Shown one piece after another: positions 1 to 4,617 of a stretch of 4,617 nt of DNA. Numbering within the stretch: the first letter of the stretch is position 1; the number at the start of each line of letters is the position of its first letter. The stretch lies in the IMG/VR virus record IMGVR_UViG_2690316066_000015, one strand, 5' to 3'. The translations under genes and the position numbers were made by a program. Source of the stretch: a virus. Lineage: Duplodnaviria > Heunggongvirae > Uroviricota > Caudoviricetes. Under the pieces are notes generated by a model, which was not told the origin of the DNA, made no database searches, and saw only the letters and a list, made by a program, of their open reading frames with translations.

Positions 1-119
1 ACGGCGAGCATTCGGTGGAGCTGACCCAACGTTTTGCCCGCGCCAGCGCCTTTACTCATGTGCTGCTGCTGAAAAGCCCACAGGAGATCCGCCCAACCAT
101 CGACACACAAAAGGCGTTA

Positions 120-302
120 CTACTGGTGCGTTTCCCGGCTGACTTCTCGCGCAAACAGGAGCTGTGTGGCCAGTGCCCGGATGGCTTCAGCCCCCGTTTT
201 CACACGAAGGTCGATGCGGCGGCCAAATCGTTGCAAATCCCCGTAAAGGCAGATGCGTGCCATTCCCGGTGACGCCAGAGGGAGTGTGTGCGTCGCTGCC
301 AT
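120..302 (-). CDS. I: Tail tip assembly protein I, truncated (N-terminal ~48 aa lambda gpI-like, then divergent with stop at codon 61; probable pseudogene or remnant)
   Basis: ATG at 302-300 lies 103 nt inside the 3' end of K in another frame, as in lambda. [48 protein letters not shown] matches the start of lambda gpI as recalled. After residue 48 (about position 159) the sequence diverges ([12 protein letters not shown]) and ends at tandem stops TAG (120-122) and TAA (117-119). Lambda gpI is 223 aa; no continuation of I-like sequence is visible in any minus-strand frame down to position 1. Confidence 0.55.
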   Translation of the reverse strand: MAATHTLPLASPGMARICLYGDLQRFGRRIDLRVKTGAEAIRALATQLLFAREVSRETHQ

Positions 303-943
303 TTGTCGGTATACCTCTCTCGTTTACTCAGTTGTTCAGGAATATGGTGCAGCAGCTCACCGTCGCCGCAGTAAATGGCGGCGTGATTCGGCACCGATGA
401 ACCAAAACAGCACAGCAGCACATCGCCCGGCTGCGCCTCTGTCAGTGCGACACGGTAAAAACCAGTAGCCTCCATATTGTCAAGATAGAGATTCTGACCG
501 TGACGCCACCAGTCATCCCCGCGATGAAAATCCGGCATCTCAATCCCCGCCAGATGGTAAGCATCCCGGAACAGTGTGTAACAGTCCGTCACCCCGTACT
601 CAAAGCGCCGCCCGGTGAGATGCGGCACACAGCGGAACTTGTGAATCGCCCCCCGGCAGACCAGCCACCACGGCAAATCGCTCTGCACCTGCAGCCGCCG
701 GTCAGCCTCACTCAGCCAGGGCAGACCACCGGGGTGGCTGTGGACCAGCGCCACAATCTCACCCTGCATCTCTGCCTGCAGCCAGTCCTCCGGAGCCATC
801 CGGAAATACGCCTCCCGCTCACCGGAGATATTCACGCAGGGGAAATATCTTTCCCCCTCCGGCGTGCTTACCACGAAGCCGCACGACTCCGCTGGCGCAC
901 ATCGCCGGGCGTGCGCCAGAATCGCTGATTCTGTCTCTGTCAT
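200..943 (-). CDS. K: Tail tip assembly protein K (phage lambda gpK family; MPN/JAMM-like plus NlpC/P60-like domains)
   Basis: Open frame 985..200 on the minus strand. The first ATG is at 943-941 ([15 protein letters not shown]...), 4 nt after the L stop, giving 247 aa. The track's longer 261-aa ORF starts at a TTG (985). The classical 199-aa lambda K corresponds to an internal ATG at 799-797 ([16 protein letters not shown]...), which has a GGGAGG Shine-Dalgarno-like sequence about 11 nt upstream. The sequence contains an HSHPGG(x7)SxxD JAMM-like motif and a Cys/His pair (DCYTLF, NHAAIY) consistent with an NlpC/P60 fold. TGA at 200-202. Start codon choice is uncertain; the 3' end is firm. Confidence 0.85.
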   Translation of the reverse strand: MTETESAILAHARRCAPAESCGFVVSTPEGERYFPCVNISGEREAYFRMAPEDWLQAEMQGEIVALVHSHPGGLPWLSEADRRLQVQSDLPWWLVCRGAIHKFRCVPHLTGRRFEYGVTDCYTLFRDAYHLAGIEMPDFHRGDDWWRHGQNLYLDNMEATGFYRVALTEAQPGDVLLCCFGSSVPNHAAIYCGDGELLHHIPEQLSKRERYTDKWQRRTHSLWRHREWHASAFTGICNDLAAASTFV

Positions 944-947
944 GGGA

Positions 948-1646
948 TTACTGCGAAAGTTTGTTAATGGAAAGGAAGCCGCCAAAGTTGCCGACGTTAT
1001 TGCGAAACTTACAGCCGCTCAGGCATTTGCTGCATTTATCCTTCGTGATATCGGACGTCGGCTGGTCATATTCATCCGCGACTGCCGGACCGTGATAACC
1101 GCACTCATCACCGCGATAGGTCCAGGTGCAGGTGTTGGCCAGCATGATACGCCCCGGAAAAACAGCGCCATCCGTTTCCGTCGGCGTGGACAGTACAAAG
1201 GAGGCACTCACCGCGCTCAGTTCGCTGCACTGCTCGATGCGCCAGCGGCTGATCACCTCCTGCTCCGGATCGGCGTCTCTGTTTCCGTTGACGAAGTTCA
1301 CCGCATCCAGAAAACGGGCGTAAACCTTACGCCGGACCACCGTTCCGCCGACCAGACTCTGCATATCTTCCACCATACCGGTGACCATGCCGTACAGGTT
1401 AGAGACTGCCAGCGTGGGCCGCGTACTGGTGCCTTTGCCATTCAGTTCAAAACCGCTCCCCTGAATGGGATACGCCTGATACTGCCTCCCCTGCCAGGTG
1501 ACCGGCTCACCTTTTTCGTTCTGCTCATTACAGAAAAAATAACGTTCTCCACCGACCTCTGTCAGATCGATTTCCCAGAGCACCACGCTGGCCGACTGCT
1601 CCGCACGGGTGCATTCATTCAGTGTTTCCTGCCGGATATCCTGCAT
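948..1646 (-). CDS. L: Tail tip protein L (phage lambda gpL family; iron-sulfur cluster-binding)
   Basis: 232-aa ORF (MQDIRQETLNECTRAEQSASVVLWEIDL...), same length as lambda gpL and highly similar as recalled. The C-terminal cysteine cluster is present (C173, C182, C205, C208, C212: ...NTCTWTYRGDECGYHG...DKCSKCLSGC...). ATG at 1646-1644, TAA at 948-950. Confidence 0.95.
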   Translation of the reverse strand: MQDIRQETLNECTRAEQSASVVLWEIDLTEVGGERYFFCNEQNEKGEPVTWQGRQYQAYPIQGSGFELNGKGTSTRPTLAVSNLYGMVTGMVEDMQSLVGGTVVRRKVYARFLDAVNFVNGNRDADPEQEVISRWRIEQCSELSAVSASFVLSTPTETDGAVFPGRIMLANTCTWTYRGDECGYHGPAVADEYDQPTSDITKDKCSKCLSGCKFRNNVGNFGGFLSINKLSQ

Positions 1647-1975
1647 CAGTTCACCACCTGTTTAAACTCTGCGCTGAACCCAACACGCAACATACTGACC
1701 TGCGACGACCATTTTGCGCAGGTCACCTTTATCTGCCTGTAACCATAAGGCGGCGTCCACAGAAAGGCCTTCCAGCCCCCGTGCTCAGCCAGAAACGACT
1801 CCAGCGCCGTGGCCTCCTCACGGGAGACAGACAGCGTCACGCTGTACGTTTTCAGGTCAGCGTTCAGCCCGGCAGGCGCACGCTGGGAATAGCCATCACC
1901 AAAGCGCACCTCCCTGACGGAAGGAGCCGATGTCACATCCATCCCGGGTTTCACTTTCCAGCGGAAGGTTTTCAT
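1646..1975 (-). CDS. M: Minor tail protein M (phage lambda gpM family)
   Basis: 109-aa ORF (MKTFRWKVKPGMDV...KVTCAKWSSQVSMLRVGFSAEFKQVVN), same length and near-identical to lambda gpM as recalled. Its ATG at 1975-1973 overlaps the H stop (ATGA) and its TGA at 1646-1648 overlaps the L ATG by 1 nt, matching lambda H-M-L synteny. Confidence 0.95.
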   Translation of the reverse strand: MKTFRWKVKPGMDVTSAPSVREVRFGDGYSQRAPAGLNADLKTYSVTLSVSREEATALESFLAEHGGWKAFLWTPPYGYRQIKVTCAKWSSQVSMLRVGFSAEFKQVVN

Positions 1976-4479
1976 CGTCCACCTCCGGAGAACAGTCCAC
2001 CATCACGCATCTGTGTCTGAATTTCATCACGGGCACCCTTGCGGGCCATGTCATACACCGCCTTCAGAGCAGCCGGACCTATCTGCCCGTTCGTGCCGTC
2101 GTTGTTAATCACCACATGGTTATTCTGCTCAAACGTCCCGGACGCCTGCGACCGGCTGTCAGCCAGACTGCCCGGTGTACCGACATAACCACCGGTGGCA
2201 TAGCCGCGCATCAGCCGGTAGAGATTCCCCACGCCAATCCGGCTGGTTGCCTCCTTTGTGAAGACAAATTCACCACGGTGAACAATCCCCGCTGGCTCAT
2301 ATTTGCCGCCGGTTCCCGTAAATCCTCCGGTTGCAAAATGGAATTTCGCCGCAGCGGCCTGAATGGCTGTACCGCCTGACGCGGATGCGCCGCCACCAAC
2401 AGCCCCGCCAATGGCGCTGCCGATACTCCCGACAATCCCCACCATTGCCTGCTTAAGCAGAATTTCTGTCATCATGGACAGCACGGAACGGGTGAAGCTG
2501 CGCCAGTTCTGCTCACTGCCGGTCAGCATCGCCGCCATATTCTGTGCAATACCGTCAAAGGTCTGCGTGGCCACACTTTTAACCTGCGAAAAACTGTCCG
2601 TCGCACTTTCCGCCCACACTCCCCAGCCGGACTTCATCCCGGCCATCCAGCTTCCACGAAGCTGCTCCTCCGCAGACCAGGTGTTCTTCAGTGCCGATGT
2701 GGCCTTCGCCAGCGCAGCCGGATTATCACCGTACACCTCACGAAGGCGCTGCTCTTCCGACTCCCGCTGCGCCTGACGGTCGGTGAGGCCGCGGGCTTTT
2801 GCGCTGATTGCCGCCTGCTTCGCGCTTTGCTGCTGTTCAAACCGCGCCGCCTGCTGTGCCAGCTCATTCAGCCGCTTCTGGTGTTCAATCTTGTCTCCCA
2901 GCTCAGCCAGCTGGCGTTTGTACTCCAGCGTCTCTTTCTCATGAGCCAGCAGGGATTTTTCCTGCTCAGATAACTGCCGTTTCGTGGCGGCCTCTTTCAG
3001 GACCACATACTGATTTTCCGCTTTCCATAAATCACGGCGCTGCTGGCTGATTTTTTCATTCGCACCGCTGTGCTTCTCCAGCGTCCTGAGCTCAGTTTCA
3101 AGCGCCAGCAGGGCTGCATGCGCCTGGTCTTCCTGGCGCTCACCGGCAGACACCTTCACACCGGACGGCTTTTTCTGCGTCGACTCATAATCCTTTTTTG
3201 CCGACGCCATCAGCGTGTTGTAATCCGCCTGCAGGATTTTCCCGTCTTTCAGGGCCTTATTCAGCTCTTCCTGCCGGGCGGTATATTTCTCCAGTGGCGT
3301 CAGCAGGCGCTCATACGCCTTCTGCGCCTCTCCGGTATACTTCAGCTGTGACGCCTCACGCTCAGCCCGGTCCCTTGCCGCCAGTTCACCGGCTTTTTCC
3401 ATATCCGACTGCAGCGTGGCCGCTGCCAGACCCAGACGGGCATTTTCCCGGTCATCCCATGCGCCCTGAAGGTTGGCACGAAAAGAGGAGGTCTTTCCCC
3501 GGCGCTGGCTCCGGCTCTGGTACCACTGCCATTTTTTATCCGCCTCATCAAATGCCTTCTGCGCACTGACGAGCATATCCGCTGAGGATTCAGGACGACC
3601 GATATCCAGAATGGCATCCCACATCGATTTGAATGCCTTCCCTGTTTTATCCGCCCAGGTCTCCAGTGTTCCCATGTTTTCTTTCAGGCGACGGGTCTGC
3701 TCATCAAAGCCTTTCGTGGCGATATCGTTCGCCGCCTGCAATGCCCCGGCCTCGTCTCCGGAACGCTGCAGCTGTGCAACATACGCAATCTGCTCTGCCG
3801 TCACGTTACGGAACTGGCGCGCCATCGCCATCAGTCCCGACGTCGGGTCAGTGGTCAGCTTCCCGAAGGCTTCAGCGACTTTATCCACCTCCACACCGGA
3901 TGCAGACGCAAAACGCGCGACACTCTGGTTGATGGCATCAAACTGTTCACCACCACGCACACCGGCATTCACCAGGGCTGCCAGTGACTCTCTCGCCTGG
4001 TTAAACGTCAGCCCTGCTGCCTGCCCGGCTCTTGAGAGCGTCAGCATACGATCGGCAGTCAGTCCGGCCTGATTGCCGGAAAGGACCAGGGTTTGATTAA
4101 ATTCTGAAAGCGTGGCGTCGCCCTGGTACCAGGCGTACGCCAGCGCACCTGTCGCCACCGCCAGCGAGGTGACCCCGACCATCGGCAGGGTGATCGCACC
4201 GGCAAGCCCCCTGAACATGGGGATCATCCCGCCGAAGGAGTCCTTCACCTGACCGCCCTGTTGCAGCAGGATCAACCAGGGATTCTGACCACCGGCAAGC
4301 TGCGTGGCGATATCCGTAAACTGTGCGGGCAGGGTTCGCATGGCCGCTTTATACTGCCCGACGGAAATCCCGGCTTTTTGTGCAGCCAGCGCCTGGCGGC
4401 TCAGGCCCTGTTCAACAGCACTGGCGGTTTTTCTGGCGTCGGTATCCAGACCTGAAAAATGACGCCTTACCCGGCTCAT
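1972..4479 (-). CDS. H: Tail length tape measure protein (phage lambda gpH family)
   Basis: 835-aa ORF with ATG at 4479-4477 and TGA at 1972-1974. The translation (MSRVRRHFSG...QYKAAMRTLPAQFTD...GGLFSGGGR) is near-identical over long stretches to lambda gpH as I recall it, especially the N-terminal ~290 aa and C-terminal ~250 aa. It has a hydrophobic segment near the N-terminus (AITLPMVGVTSLAVATGALAYAW), a long charged, coiled-coil-like central region and a Gly/Ala-rich segment (GSIGSAIGGAVGGGASASGG), typical of tape measure proteins. Stop overlaps the M start (ATGA). Similarity not computed. Confidence 0.95.
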   Translation of the reverse strand: MSRVRRHFSGLDTDARKTASAVEQGLSRQALAAQKAGISVGQYKAAMRTLPAQFTDIATQLAGGQNPWLILLQQGGQVKDSFGGMIPMFRGLAGAITLPMVGVTSLAVATGALAYAWYQGDATLSEFNQTLVLSGNQAGLTADRMLTLSRAGQAAGLTFNQARESLAALVNAGVRGGEQFDAINQSVARFASASGVEVDKVAEAFGKLTTDPTSGLMAMARQFRNVTAEQIAYVAQLQRSGDEAGALQAANDIATKGFDEQTRRLKENMGTLETWADKTGKAFKSMWDAILDIGRPESSADMLVSAQKAFDEADKKWQWYQSRSQRRGKTSSFRANLQGAWDDRENARLGLAAATLQSDMEKAGELAARDRAEREASQLKYTGEAQKAYERLLTPLEKYTARQEELNKALKDGKILQADYNTLMASAKKDYESTQKKPSGVKVSAGERQEDQAHAALLALETELRTLEKHSGANEKISQQRRDLWKAENQYVVLKEAATKRQLSEQEKSLLAHEKETLEYKRQLAELGDKIEHQKRLNELAQQAARFEQQQSAKQAAISAKARGLTDRQAQRESEEQRLREVYGDNPAALAKATSALKNTWSAEEQLRGSWMAGMKSGWGVWAESATDSFSQVKSVATQTFDGIAQNMAAMLTGSEQNWRSFTRSVLSMMTEILLKQAMVGIVGSIGSAIGGAVGGGASASGGTAIQAAAAKFHFATGGFTGTGGKYEPAGIVHRGEFVFTKEATSRIGVGNLYRLMRGYATGGYVGTPGSLADSRSQASGTFEQNNHVVINNDGTNGQIGPAALKAVYDMARKGARDEIQTQMRDGGLFSGGGR

Positions 4480-4617
4480 CTGCTCATCGAAACGGACAGC
4501 ATCCAGGGTAACACACTCACCCTTGAGCAGCTGAAAGCAGAAAACCGCGCGGTACTGGTCACCGTGGGGTTATCGAGCGGTTCCGGGTTATCGCTGTTTG
4601 AGCATAGCGACGTTGAG
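4476..4617 (-). CDS. Possible 3' end of the upstream tail assembly gene (lambda G-T / gpT position), 5'-truncated by the window edge; frame and exact stop unresolved
   Basis: Synteny: in lambda, T ends overlapping the start of H. One minus-strand frame is open across all 47 codons from the window edge and ends in TGA at 4476-4478, overlapping the H ATG (ATGA arrangement). However its translation is Ser-rich and uses rare codons (CTA, AGG, AGA, TTA). The other two frames stop at 4588-4590 (TAA; H frame) and 4559-4561 (TGA). I cannot match any frame to gpT from memory, so coordinates are provisional. Confidence 0.3.
   Translation of the reverse strand, partial: STSLCSNSDNPEPLDNPTVTSTARFSAFSCSRVSVLPWMLSVSMSR

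Noticed and set aside
1-59. Walker-A-like string (KGAGAGKT) in the minus-strand frame starting at ATG 59
   Set aside because: Spacing does not match the canonical GxxxxGK[ST] motif, only ~19 codons are visible and there is no convincing ribosome-binding site. Kept only as part of the unexplained left-edge region.
58-72. Short CTG trinucleotide repeat (about 4 units)
   Set aside because: Too short to be a meaningful microsatellite or regulatory repeat; likely chance.
164-928. Plus-strand ORFs 164..400, 253..468 and 500..928
   Set aside because: Antisense to K (and I). Composition is atypical and the true coding frame on the minus strand is strongly supported.
864-1742. Plus-strand 292-aa ORF (864..1742) and 65-aa ORF (1126..1323)
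   Set aside because: Antisense to L and the K start. A long open antisense frame is expected opposite a well-conserved gene, and the translation has no recognisable features.
1622-2379. Plus-strand ORFs 1622..2020, 1714..1917 and 1930..2379
   Set aside because: Antisense to M and the H 3' end; shadow ORFs.
3191-3540. T6 runs at about 3194..3199 and 3532..3537 (A6 on the coding strand) as possible slippery sites
   Set aside because: They encode Lys-Lys in frame within H, with no adjacent alternative-frame ORF or downstream structure; lambda gpH has no known frameshift. The known lambda programmed frameshift (G-T) would lie upstream, outside this window.
1019-3617. Small minus-strand ORFs 1019..1207, 2211..2435 and 3342..3617
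   Set aside because: Alternative frames nested inside L and H on the same strand, with no independent support.
2363-4511. Plus-strand ORFs 2363..2776, 2808..3050, 3070..3351, 3198..3569, 3473..4072, 3633..3932, 4261..4455 and 4323..4511
   Set aside because: All lie antisense within the strongly supported H gene. Their translations are Pro/Ser/Ala/Arg-rich and low-complexity, as expected for shadow frames, and none resembles a known protein.
1-4617. Search for CRISPR repeats, tRNA or rRNA, IS terminal inverted repeats, and defence or toxin-antitoxin modules
   Set aside because: No periodic repeats, tRNA-like structures or non-structural gene content were found. The whole window except the leftmost ~160 nt is accounted for by tail genes, so there is no support for an undescribed system here.

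Overview
This window is the distal part of a lambda-like siphovirus tail morphogenesis operon, read entirely on the minus strand (reverse-complemented relative to the usual lambda map). Gene order 5'->3' on the minus strand is: a possible 3' end of the upstream tail assembly gene (G-T position, frame unresolved), tape measure protein H (835 aa), minor tail protein M (109 aa), tail tip protein L (232 aa), tail tip assembly protein K (247 aa from its first ATG), and a truncated I (first ~48 residues lambda-like, stop after 60 codons). All four complete proteins are highly similar to phage lambda gpH, gpM, gpL and gpK; this is judged by eye against sequences recalled from memory, with no search run. 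Junctions are tightly coupled (ATGA or 1-nt overlaps, I start embedded in the K 3' end), as in lambda. I see no tRNA, rRNA, CRISPR array, IS element, integrase or recognisable defence or toxin module. I do not find evidence of a novel system here: this is an ordinary phage structural region. The most notable points are an apparent breakpoint that truncates gene I at the left edge, with non-lambda-like sequence beyond it (probable prophage decay or mosaic junction), and a remodelled T-H junction in which H starts at the equivalent of lambda Met23. All plus-strand ORFs in the track are antisense shadows of the minus-strand genes.
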